Shown piece by piece: positions 39,501 to 47,936 of a stretch of DNA of 64,000 nt. Every line of letters begins with the position of its first letter. The stretch's first letter is position 1. The position numbers were made by a program, and so were the translations under genes. The notes under the pieces were generated by a model, which ran no database searches, had not been told where the DNA came from, and worked only from the letters and a program-made list of their open reading frames with translations. Source of the stretch: an uncultured Gammaproteobacteria bacterium (lineage in GTDB: Bacteria; Patescibacteriota; Microgenomatia; Levybacterales; GWA1-39-11); the NCBI GenBank assembly GCA_964409875.1, contig CAYPEN010000002.1, forward strand, positions 210,630-274,629, in the 5' to 3' direction.

Positions 39501-40537
39501 TCTATTGCAGGTAGATATACCGTAATCGGGGTTTTTGTATCTTTAATAAGCGCGTTTCCTCTAAATATGAAAATTGGAAAAAGTAATGCGTCTCTTCCAC
39601 TATTGAAATAACCCACCTCAACAGAGGCGAAAACAGTTTTGGTAGGGGCTGCTAGTTGGGGCTGCTGATAGTCGGCGCCAAGGCCGACAATTATGCCTTT
39701 CCCGCTTTTTATTGACTCTTCGGCTTGGGTTAGTGGCGGAAGGAGGATGGACTTTTGGGGTACGTATTGGGGGGTGTAGAAATACGTAAACTTCTTTATA
39801 AGACCATCTTTTGTGAGCCAAACGTGAGTTGAGGCAGAGCTTCCATACTGGCGAAAAACCGTAAGACCTGAAACAACTTCCTTGAACGCAATATCTATAA
39901 GGTTTGCTTCCGTTTCGGAGTTAGCCTGCGTAAGGTCTCCTGTTTTGTTGGAAAAATACTTAACAGTGGCTTCATTTTTGTCAAAAGGGAGGTTAAGAGA
40001 CGTAATGAAATCAGACGCCTTTTTAATAAGAGATGCAGTGTCTGTTGTGGGTGCCGTGGGTGAGGTTTTTTCCTCGTCCGAGTAGGAGATGGTTCTGGAA
40101 TAAAGGTAGATAGATAATGTCTTTGCACCTTTTTGCATAAAGAGGACCTGTCCGTTGGGAGTATTTATTATGCGCTCAGACCCACCTGTTATTAGTTTTT
40201 CCTGTATTTTTGCAATGGTGTCCGCCGGGATGCTTGTGGGGGCCTGTGTGTAGATTTGACCCGTTGTGGGAATATTTTTTGTCTGATAGTCGAAAAATAT
40301 TTCCCCCAGTCGGTTGCCTTCCACCGCGGCAGCGCTGTCGATTTGTAATTTTGTGGAAGATGCTCGGTTGTTACTGTTTGTATCGATGGGAACAAGCGTG
40401 GGGGTTGGAGTGTTTGCGCTTCTTTGAACTGGTCCTTTTTTTACGAAGACACTAACAAATAAAAGCACTATAAAAACCACCACAAACAAAAAGGAGATGG
40501 TAAGCCTTTTTTTTAATGACAAAAATCCTTCAGACAT
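39497..40537 (-). CDS. hypothetical membrane-anchored protein with Thr/Pro-rich linker (T4SS-like locus)
   Basis: 346 aa, N-terminal TM 'ISFLFVVVFIVLLFVSVFV'. Overlaps the M23 gene end. Confidence 0.4.
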   Translation of the reverse strand: MSEGFLSLKKRLTISFLFVVVFIVLLFVSVFVKKGPVQRSANTPTPTLVPIDTNSNNRASSTKLQIDSAAAVEGNRLGEIFFDYQTKNIPTTGQIYTQAPTSIPADTIAKIQEKLITGGSERIINTPNGQVLFMQKGAKTLSIYLYSRTISYSDEEKTSPTAPTTDTASLIKKASDFITSLNLPFDKNEATVKYFSNKTGDLTQANSETEANLIDIAFKEVVSGLTVFRQYGSSASTHVWLTKDGLIKKFTYFYTPQYVPQKSILLPPLTQAEESIKSGKGIIVGLGADYQQPQLAAPTKTVFASVEVGYFNSGRDALLFPIFIFRGNALIKDTKTPITVYLPAID

Positions 40538-40538
40538 G

Positions 40539-41111
40539 TTAAATTGAGCCTGGATTACAGGGAATATTGAAAGGTGGATCCGGGTCGCAGTTTGAGGGAG
40601 TGATTGGTTCGGGAATGTAGGGTGGTGCCATGGGTGCGCCCCTTAATTCAAAATGCAAATGGGTCCCAGAGGAAACCCCCGTTGTTCCCATGAGCCCAAT
40701 TTCGTCACCTTTTGAGACGTTTTGACCAACTGAAACCTCAATTACCGACAAATGTCCATATAGGGCAATTACCCCTTCGCTGTTTTTGATTTGCACAGAG
40801 TTGCCGTATCCACCCCAGCCCCTACTGCAATCTCCATCAGCCGAGCAGTCATGAACTTCAGAGACAATGCCGTCAAAAGCACTGTGCACAGGAGGGGAGC
40901 CCGTGTTGGCAATATCTAGTGCGTTTAGATGGAGAGGTCCATGGTCGGTACCCCCTTCCGGACCTTGGGTTATTATTCCCGTTGTGGGCCATCCTCCGTC
41001 TCCACCCTTAGGTGTTCCTACTTTTGTTCTGACAGAGCTCGTTTGGGCGACAACAACGGTAGCACAGGAAAGAAACATAAGAGGCGCTATAAGCAGCAAA
41101 AACCGTTTCAT
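40539..41111 (-). CDS. M23-family (LytM) peptidoglycan endopeptidase, secreted
   Basis: 190 aa, signal peptide. 'GHLSVIEVSVGQNVSKGDEIGLMGTTGVSSGTHLHFELR' is the M23 HxH/His motif. Confidence 0.8.
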   Translation of the reverse strand: MKRFLLLIAPLMFLSCATVVVAQTSSVRTKVGTPKGGDGGWPTTGIITQGPEGGTDHGPLHLNALDIANTGSPPVHSAFDGIVSEVHDCSADGDCSRGWGGYGNSVQIKNSEGVIALYGHLSVIEVSVGQNVSKGDEIGLMGTTGVSSGTHLHFELRGAPMAPPYIPEPITPSNCDPDPPFNIPCNPGSI

Positions 41112-41806
41112 TATTTATATAGATATTTAATAGTTACAGAATTGGGGTCAATATTTTTGCTCGCAATATATTCACTGACACTTTTCTTTGCTTTTTCAAA
41201 TTGCTCCGTAAAAGAAAGGGGGGAGGTTGCGTCGTATTTAAAGTGCATAAGGTACATGTTTTGGTCATGGTCAAATTCGAGCAGATAAATAAGGGTCTCG
41301 TGCGGAAGGTGGTTTGCAAGAGCCGTGTTGTTTGTTGGGAGGGGGGTTGGTGAAGGCGCTTCGCTCAAGTAAGACTTCTGGAGGATGCTTTGCCCCCGAA
41401 GGGTAAGCGTAAGGGTGTAGGTTGTAAACGGTTCGATTGCTTTTGTGGCTGTTGCCGTAATGGTATTCTTATTGTTGGAAATAGAGAGGGGAATTACTGT
41501 TTTTTCTGCAGCATTTGAAGGAGGGGAAGATGTCAGTTGTGTTGTTATAAGCGAGGGGTCAAGAGCGCTATCCAGCATTATCGTAAATGTTTGGTTCTGA
41601 TAACTTCTAAGAGGCTGTGCTGAGTCGGGTAAAACCGATTTTATAAGCGATGTAGTTGTGTCCTTTGGAACCCTTTTTTGTACGGAAACGGTAGTGGGGG
41701 GCTCTTTTTTTAATGATGAGACGAAAAGAAACAGTACGGTTAAGACGGCAAGCGAGGCAATAACTCCTCCAATGTAAAATAGTTTTTTTGCCAACGGTTG
41801 CTTCAT
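41111..41806 (-). CDS. hypothetical membrane-anchored protein (possible VirB8-like scaffold)
   Basis: 231 aa, single N-terminal TM. Overlaps both neighbours by 1-4 nt. Confidence 0.35.
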   Translation of the reverse strand: MKQPLAKKLFYIGGVIASLAVLTVLFLFVSSLKKEPPTTVSVQKRVPKDTTTSLIKSVLPDSAQPLRSYQNQTFTIMLDSALDPSLITTQLTSSPPSNAAEKTVIPLSISNNKNTITATATKAIEPFTTYTLTLTLRGQSILQKSYLSEAPSPTPLPTNNTALANHLPHETLIYLLEFDHDQNMYLMHFKYDATSPLSFTEQFEKAKKSVSEYIASKNIDPNSVTIKYLYK

Positions 41807-43287
41807 ATCCCTTTAAATTTCTTGTAAAAGCTAGTAAAATTTCCGCGCGCCGGGTCGTTGTGGTCGTTTACATGGCATATGGGTGCATACATTTCATAAG
41901 CATATACAAATGCGTCGGTGTAGATACAAGTATTTCCTATGCTGCTCGGAATTTCAAGCGACCCTCCGACATTATTTGTTTCAAAAGTGCTCATTAATTG
42001 GTTTAGGCTTCCCGCCGCGCACGTGACATTTTCCGTAAAGCCTGCGTCGGAGGGATTAAGACAACCGAAGGGGTAGGTTGCTGCGGTGTCAAACCCGGAT
42101 TCGGTGCCCCAAATCGATGCAAGAATAAGCGGATTAACATTGTATTGAACGCCTGCATCGTAAATTTGCCCCAGGTTGGCCTCTTTTCCCGCGAGGGGAA
42201 GTCCTGACGAATTTGCAATAATGCTTGAGATAAAAGTTGCTCTGTCGCCAAGAACATTGGTATTTCGTCCTTGCCCGACAACGAGCGCTAAAAATTCCGG
42301 CGGGTCACCCGTTGGGCTTCCGGTTCCACTCCCGGTGCTTGCCCCCGCGGCAAGTTTTGCAGATATTACGTTGTTGATGTAGGTGTCCTCCGCCGTAGGG
42401 TGGAGGATTACTTTGAAGGGTTTTTGGTTGCCTGGTTCTTCAAGAGACCATGTCACAAGAGTGGATGTTGAGTCTGTGGCTTGTATTCCGTCGGTCAAAA
42501 CAAACCTAGCATTGGCGGGTACGGCATCAACGAGAATTATTTTTTCAACCGGAATTTTCCCTACGCTTGCGTCATAAGTGTAACTTACCGTGTATTCAAT
42601 ATCTTCCCCGTTGTTGATAGAAGTAGGCCCTGAAAGGGTAAGGGTAAGCCCGGGAATTTTGTTTGCTTGGCTGGATCCGCCGGGGAGGGAGGAGGATGTG
42701 GGGGTTTGACTCGTCGAGTCGTCATTGTCGGAAGAAGAAGAGCCTTTAAAAAAGAAGAAATATATCAGGATGATGCCCACCACAATTAATATGGCAGCAA
42801 TTACCCAGGGAGCTATGGCAGCGCCCCCCGCTGCAGCTGCTCCACCGGCTGCTGCTCCTCCTGCCGCTGCTCCTCCCGCCGCTCCGGCTGCTGCTGTGCC
42901 ACCTGCAGCAGCGCCCCCGGCCGTTGCGGCACTGCCTGCAGCGCCCGCCGCTTCACCAGCCGCTGCTGCTCCTTGCGCTGCGCTGCCCGCAGTCTCAGCC
43001 GCTGTGCTTGCTCCTTCCGCGGCTTGGGATGCGGATTTTCCTTTTCTTGCCCAGTTAAGAATATTTCTTGCTCTATTGCCGGAGTCTTTTAGATTTTGGA
43101 GCGAGCTGCTTGGGTCTTGTGATTCTTCTTTCTTTTCTTTTTCCGTATCTTCTTCGGGAAGACCAAATGGTTCTTCTGGGTTTTGCAGTTCTTCTTTTTC
43201 TTCTTCTTCCTCTTTTTCATCCTCCTCATCTTCCTCAAGGGGTTCATCTGGTTCTTCTTGCCAGGGAGGAGGGGTGTCGTTTTTCAT
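41803..43287 (-). CDS. VirB1-like membrane-anchored lytic transglycosylase with acidic N-terminus and Ala/Gly-rich tract
   Basis: 494 aa. C-terminal 'VNPLILASIWGTESGFD' resembles the SLT-domain catalytic E-S motif. TM 'IAPWVIAAILIVVGIILIYFFFF'. About 80-residue (A/G)n repeat. Confidence 0.5.
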   Translation of the reverse strand: MKNDTPPPWQEEPDEPLEEDEEDEKEEEEEKEELQNPEEPFGLPEEDTEKEKKEESQDPSSSLQNLKDSGNRARNILNWARKGKSASQAAEGASTAAETAGSAAQGAAAAGEAAGAAGSAATAGGAAAGGTAAAGAAGGAAAGGAAAGGAAAAGGAAIAPWVIAAILIVVGIILIYFFFFKGSSSSDNDDSTSQTPTSSSLPGGSSQANKIPGLTLTLSGPTSINNGEDIEYTVSYTYDASVGKIPVEKIILVDAVPANARFVLTDGIQATDSTSTLVTWSLEEPGNQKPFKVILHPTAEDTYINNVISAKLAAGASTGSGTGSPTGDPPEFLALVVGQGRNTNVLGDRATFISSIIANSSGLPLAGKEANLGQIYDAGVQYNVNPLILASIWGTESGFDTAATYPFGCLNPSDAGFTENVTCAAGSLNQLMSTFETNNVGGSLEIPSSIGNTCIYTDAFVYAYEMYAPICHVNDHNDPARGNFTSFYKKFKGI

Positions 43288-43289
43288 GG

Positions 43290-45434
43290 TTAGCTACTTT
43301 GTTGCAATGGGTTTTGTTGGAGATTTTGGACCGGTTGGGGTATGCCGGGAGAAGGTGGGGGTAGTGGTGAGGGGGAGGCGGACGTTGAGAGAATTGGTGG
43401 GTTTTGAACAAATTGTTGCACTGTGGGAGCCGGCGGTTGTGTTGGTGGGGTTTGTGTGATGGGTTGGATCGCAGGTGGCATTTGTTGTGGGAACGGCTGG
43501 AGTGGTGCCTGTTGTTGTGGCTGTGGGACTGCCGGACCTGCTAGGGGATCTTGTGGCGTGGGCTCTACGGGGGGTTGCGGATTTTGTACCTCGTTTTGCA
43601 TGGTGTCTTGAGGTTTTGAGGTGACAAGGTCGTATTCAAACTGGGACGCGACGAATTGTGCCGTAACGTGGTTTTGCCCTGCAAAAAGAAGACCTTCGCC
43701 CACTTGGGCTGTTAGGAGATACTGCTTTTCTCCCTCTGACAGGTTGAGGGTTTTAGCAAGCGCTTCAACTTCGGAAGAGCCCTGCTTTAGAAGTATTTGC
43801 ACAGAAGAGCTTGAAAGAATAGCTTTTCCATAATCTGAAGAAAGGAAGTCCTCAATATCTTGCGTAAGGGTGGTGAGTCCCAGGTAGTATTTTCTGCACC
43901 TCTTTGCAATTCCCTGCAAAAATGCGGCCGAATCCGGGTAGCGCATCATGTACCACGCCTCATCAACAATGAGGATCCTTTTCTTCATTTTTGTTCTGAC
44001 ACGAGTCCATATAAAGTCCAAAATAACGTGCATTGCAATTGGTCGCAACACATCTTCTAATTGTCTCAAGGAAAAGACGGTGAGTTGATTTCTTACATCG
44101 TAATTTGTCTGATGGTTAAAGAGGCCTGAAAATCCGCCTTTGACATATTTTTCAAGCCTGAAGGCCAGTTCTTTTGCGTCTGCCTCTTCCATGTTGAGAA
44201 GCGTCTTGTATAGGTCTTCAAGAATCGGTGGCTCATTTTTATATGTTGATGGGTCTGGAGATATCCCTTTTTGTTTATAGGCAAGAACAATTGCGCGGTC
44301 CAATATTGCTTCTTGGGTGGCCGACATTTCGCCCATCATGGTTTTTAAAAGCCCATGCACCGAAAGTATTTTTACCCCTAGTTGCGCTTCTGATTGGTCA
44401 TCGGGAAGTAGGGCAAAGGGGTTAATTTTTATCTCAGAGTCTTTTGAAAAAGAGATGTATTCTCCTTCAAGAGATTGGCAGAGCACCTTGTATTCGTCCT
44501 CGGGGTCGATAATGAGAACCTCAGTGTCAAACATCATTTGTCGCAGCACTTCAAGCTTCACAAGAAAAGACTTCCCCGAACCTGATTTTCCAAAGACAAC
44601 AGAGTTGGCGTTTTCAAAAGAGAACCTGTCAACGATGACTAGGGAATTATTAAGCGTGTTTATCCCATAGAGAATTCCATTGGGGTGAGAAATTTCGTAG
44701 GAGGTGAATGGAAACGTGGAGGCAACCGAGGTTGTATCCATGTTCCTTGTGGAGAACAATTTGTCATTTCCAGTAGGAAGGGTGGTTTTGAACCCATCCT
44801 CCATCTGAAGGGTGGCTGGCTTTATGATAAGCAGATTTGATGAGAGAAGCGACATCAGCTCTTTCGAGCGGAGGTTAAGATCTTCTATGTCTTGAGAGGC
44901 AAGTGTTACATAGAGCCCAAATTGGTAGAAGCGCTCAAGGCCCCGCGCCAATTCTTCGCGAAGGGCAATTGCGTCTTCTAGTTGGGCGCGGATTTTGGGA
45001 TCGGGTTCGAGCCCCTGCTGGGTATCTGACTCAATAGTGGCCTCCATTTCGGCGATTTTTCGTCTCAAATTTGAGAGAACATCCTTTGACTCGACTGGGT
45101 AGATAAACATTGAGATATTCATGGTCTCTTTGTAGTCGATAAGAATTGAAAGCCAATTGGGGGAAACCTGGCGGGGATAATCAACGACAAAAAAGGTGCG
45201 GTAGTAGGTGTCCCCTACGCGAATATGTTTGAAATCCACCTCAACAGAAGAGGGGGCAATTATGTCGACTATTGATACCGAACCCTGCTTTAGCGCTTCA
45301 GTTGTTTTGGCATTAACGGGTGGTTTTGCCGGAGCCTGCTGTGCTGCCGGGGCCGTTGTCACCGGAGGAGTCTGTCCCTGAACGGGGGTAGCCGGAGCGG
45401 GTTGTTGTGTTGGTTGTTTTTTCTTTCCGAACAT
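43290..45434 (-). CDS. VirB4/TrbE/PrgJ-family type IV secretion ATPase with Pro/Gln-rich C-terminal tail
   Basis: 714 aa. Walker A 'FGKSGSGKSFLVK'. Walker B 'ILIVDEAWYMM' (DEAW is the VirB4 hallmark). N-terminal 'YYRTFFVVDYPRQV' CagE/TrbE/VirB4 signature. Confidence 0.8.
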   Translation of the reverse strand: MFGKKKQPTQQPAPATPVQGQTPPVTTAPAAQQAPAKPPVNAKTTEALKQGSVSIVDIIAPSSVEVDFKHIRVGDTYYRTFFVVDYPRQVSPNWLSILIDYKETMNISMFIYPVESKDVLSNLRRKIAEMEATIESDTQQGLEPDPKIRAQLEDAIALREELARGLERFYQFGLYVTLASQDIEDLNLRSKELMSLLSSNLLIIKPATLQMEDGFKTTLPTGNDKLFSTRNMDTTSVASTFPFTSYEISHPNGILYGINTLNNSLVIVDRFSFENANSVVFGKSGSGKSFLVKLEVLRQMMFDTEVLIIDPEDEYKVLCQSLEGEYISFSKDSEIKINPFALLPDDQSEAQLGVKILSVHGLLKTMMGEMSATQEAILDRAIVLAYKQKGISPDPSTYKNEPPILEDLYKTLLNMEEADAKELAFRLEKYVKGGFSGLFNHQTNYDVRNQLTVFSLRQLEDVLRPIAMHVILDFIWTRVRTKMKKRILIVDEAWYMMRYPDSAAFLQGIAKRCRKYYLGLTTLTQDIEDFLSSDYGKAILSSSSVQILLKQGSSEVEALAKTLNLSEGEKQYLLTAQVGEGLLFAGQNHVTAQFVASQFEYDLVTSKPQDTMQNEVQNPQPPVEPTPQDPLAGPAVPQPQQQAPLQPFPQQMPPAIQPITQTPPTQPPAPTVQQFVQNPPILSTSASPSPLPPPSPGIPQPVQNLQQNPLQQSS

Positions 45435-45453
45435 ATATTAATAGGTTGTTAGA

Positions 45454-46152
45454 TTAAAGTATGACGTTTTGGACATCCTGTGAATTAAAATCGACCGTTA
45501 TCGTATCATTGTTGAGTATTTCATAAAAAAGTTTTATCAATTCTTCGTGTTGAAGTGGACGGGCAGAAAGCCCCATTCTTTCAACCTGAGCCTGAATAAC
45601 TGAGCGTTTCGAAATGAGAGCATTTTTTGCTTGGTCTGCAAAGGTGCCTGTTTTTGTTTGCTGTTGGGGTTTTTGTCCTGGGGGAGTAGTGGTTTGTGCT
45701 CCCAGAGTTCCCTCAAGATACGAATAGGGAACGACAATATAAATCTTTTTATCCAAAAGTCCCTCATTTTTTACAAGTTCGTCGATGAATTGCCGGTACA
45801 TTGCCAAGTGTTCTTTTATCCGCTGGTTCTGTAGGTCGTCAATTTTTTTATCCAAAAGCTTAAGGTAGTTTCCCATATCTACCCGTTTTGAAATAATGAG
45901 GATTTGTATAGCAAAAGAAAGAGAATTAATAAGTGACATATATCCATAAATTCGTGCGTTTTGCTCATCTGCTGATAAAAGAAAGAAATTGACTGAAGAG
46001 ACTTCCAAAACAGAGCAGGCATTTTTACCTTTAAACAACACAACATCATCGACGATATCAACTATTTCTGTAAAGTCTTGCGTTGTTGAGTGTATTTTGT
46101 CTTTTTTTGCCATATTTTTATACCGCCGCTTGTGGAGCCGGCGTATTGCCAA
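45454..46152 (-). CDS. hypothetical protein between the VirB3-like and VirB4 genes
   Basis: 232 aa, no clear motif. Overlaps the upstream gene by 35 nt. Confidence 0.4.
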   Translation of the reverse strand: MAIRRLHKRRYKNMAKKDKIHSTTQDFTEIVDIVDDVVLFKGKNACSVLEVSSVNFFLLSADEQNARIYGYMSLINSLSFAIQILIISKRVDMGNYLKLLDKKIDDLQNQRIKEHLAMYRQFIDELVKNEGLLDKKIYIVVPYSYLEGTLGAQTTTPPGQKPQQQTKTGTFADQAKNALISKRSVIQAQVERMGLSARPLQHEELIKLFYEILNNDTITVDFNSQDVQNVIL

Positions 46153-47440
46153 AGAGCTCTCTTCGTAGTCGTTCGCGCTGATCTATTGAAAAAATTTCTA
46201 GCGGGTTGAATATTTTTCCATCAAGCGCAATCTGGATTTGCTCAAATTCATTTTGCTTCCGCGGGTCTTCGAGAATAACGATATAGTTGCCGTTAGGAAG
46301 GGGAGTTGCTGCGGCAAATTGTCCCAATGCATTTGTCTTAAATGCTCTTACAGGGACGCCTTGTTCGTTCATAATTTCAACCAAAATATTGGGGAGCACT
46401 TTTCCCCTAGGGTCGCGGATAATGCCCATGACGATATTGGGGGTATCGGGGAGTTGGGGAAAGCCCGCCTTAAGACTTTTTTCAGGAGTGACAGTGGTAA
46501 CGCTGGCACTTTGACCGGGGGCAACTGTGGGGGCAGATGCAGTTGTTGCAGTGGGGATAGACGGTTGTAGCGGAGACGCATCGGGAAGAGGATTTGATTC
46601 TATCTGTTGCACAACGTGTGTTATTTGTGGAGTTTGTTGTGGCTTGGTAGTGGCAGCAGGCGCTAAGGGAACCTCCTCCTGTGTTTTTGCGGGGGCCTGG
46701 GGTGTTACGAGTTTTGTATTGGCATTGGTATCAAGGTTTTGTATCTTTTGGGCAACGCTTACCACGACCTGTGGGTCAGGAGCGGCAGATGGAGTTTGTG
46801 TGGTCGGTAGTTCATGGGGAGTTGTTAGCTCTTTTACCTCTTTTGTTGCAATAGTAACCGAGGGGGTAACAATTTGCAGAGCCGGAGGTATCTCTTTAGG
46901 TGCATCATCAACTCTTTGTACGGAAGGGCTTGCCGAATGGGAGGCCTCATTAAGATACTCGTTGATATTGGTGAGAACTGCTTGTTCTCTTTCATCCGGT
47001 TTGTAAGTCTTTTTAAGCGTTTTATAGAGAAGGGCACGCCTTGAATCGCGGTCATTAGTCTGAGGGGTTGCTGTTGGTTCCGTTTTTTGGACGACCTGAA
47101 GCTTCGGGGTAAAGAAGTCAAAGATTAGCGCTTCGGCCCCTTTTTTCCTGAAGACATACTGGTTTTCGGCAGGGAGCGCTTTAAGAAAATTTTTGAGCAT
47201 TACGTCCATCGGGCGCCCCTCAATTGGAATAAAAGCAATTGCAGCACCCAGTCCTCCAAAAAGAAGAGCAAGAGGCACTTTTATTACACCCGAAACGGGA
47301 AGAATAAAACACACTCCCGCAAGAATGCCGCCTCCCAATATGTAGAGGAATTGTTTTATGGTGACGCTGCCAATAAGCTTAAATTTAAATCCAGTAACGT
47401 CCTGGGGAATAGGGTGATTCTCCATAATAAATGCAAACAC
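46118..47440 (-). CDS. PrgI/VirB3-like two-TM protein fused to Pro/Thr-rich linker and C-terminal transthyretin/CarboxypepD_reg-like beta-sandwich
   Basis: 440 aa. N-terminus 'FKFKLIGSVTIKQFLYILGGGILAGVCFILP...LLFGGLGAAIAFIPIEGRPMD' is PrgI-like. C-terminus 'MGIIRDPRGKVLPNILVEIMNEQGVPVRAFKTNALGQFAAATPLPNGNYIVIL' fits the CarboxypepD_reg pattern. Confidence 0.45.
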   Translation of the reverse strand: MFAFIMENHPIPQDVTGFKFKLIGSVTIKQFLYILGGGILAGVCFILPVSGVIKVPLALLFGGLGAAIAFIPIEGRPMDVMLKNFLKALPAENQYVFRKKGAEALIFDFFTPKLQVVQKTEPTATPQTNDRDSRRALLYKTLKKTYKPDEREQAVLTNINEYLNEASHSASPSVQRVDDAPKEIPPALQIVTPSVTIATKEVKELTTPHELPTTQTPSAAPDPQVVVSVAQKIQNLDTNANTKLVTPQAPAKTQEEVPLAPAATTKPQQTPQITHVVQQIESNPLPDASPLQPSIPTATTASAPTVAPGQSASVTTVTPEKSLKAGFPQLPDTPNIVMGIIRDPRGKVLPNILVEIMNEQGVPVRAFKTNALGQFAAATPLPNGNYIVILEDPRKQNEFEQIQIALDGKIFNPLEIFSIDQRERLRRELFGNTPAPQAAV

Positions 47441-47595
47441 ACCGTATCGATGTGCTGCATCTAAGCGTATAACGTGAAAATTTTGGATGCAACGCGTTCA
47501 AACTGGGTCAAAATGGATAGCTCTTTGAGGCTGCTGTGAAAAGGGGAGCGAAAAATTTATTGACTTCAATTCGAAAATAGTATTACTATGATGAT

Positions 47596-47934
47596 ATGGC
47601 GCTGTCGCATGAGCAAAAGGAAATACTTTTTAAGAAAATTTTAGACGTAATGCAAATGGGGGCAGAAGCCGGTGCTCTCGAGCAATACGAACTAAATGAC
47701 ATTTCAGAGTATTCACTCAAGCGTGCAAATGAATTGAATAGCGAAGGAGAGATTCGAATGTTTTATGAAGAACTTTCTGATAGGTGGCCTGTTTTTGGGA
47801 TCCTCTTAGAAGAGGAAGACAGTAGGGTGAAAGAAAGGGCTGAGGAAGAGGCTACTGAAGGCGCAGCCACACTTCTTCAGCATGGGAAAATAGATGAAGC
47901 GCTTGCGTTAGTTAAAAGCGCTACCACAACTTAA
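47596..47934 (+). CDS. hypothetical acidic protein
   Basis: 112 aa, Glu-rich. Confidence 0.35.
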   Translation: MALSHEQKEILFKKILDVMQMGAEAGALEQYELNDISEYSLKRANELNSEGEIRMFYEELSDRWPVFGILLEEEDSRVKERAEEEATEGAATLLQHGKIDEALALVKSATTT

Positions 47935-47936
47935 AT

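Noticed and set aside
42725-43459. 244-aa plus-strand ORF rich in Ala/Pro (and 43423..43611 Gly/Cys-rich ORF)
   Set aside because: This is the antisense translation of the (GCN)n triplet tract and Pro/Gln-coding tail of the minus-strand VirB1-like and VirB4 genes. Composition-driven, not a gene.
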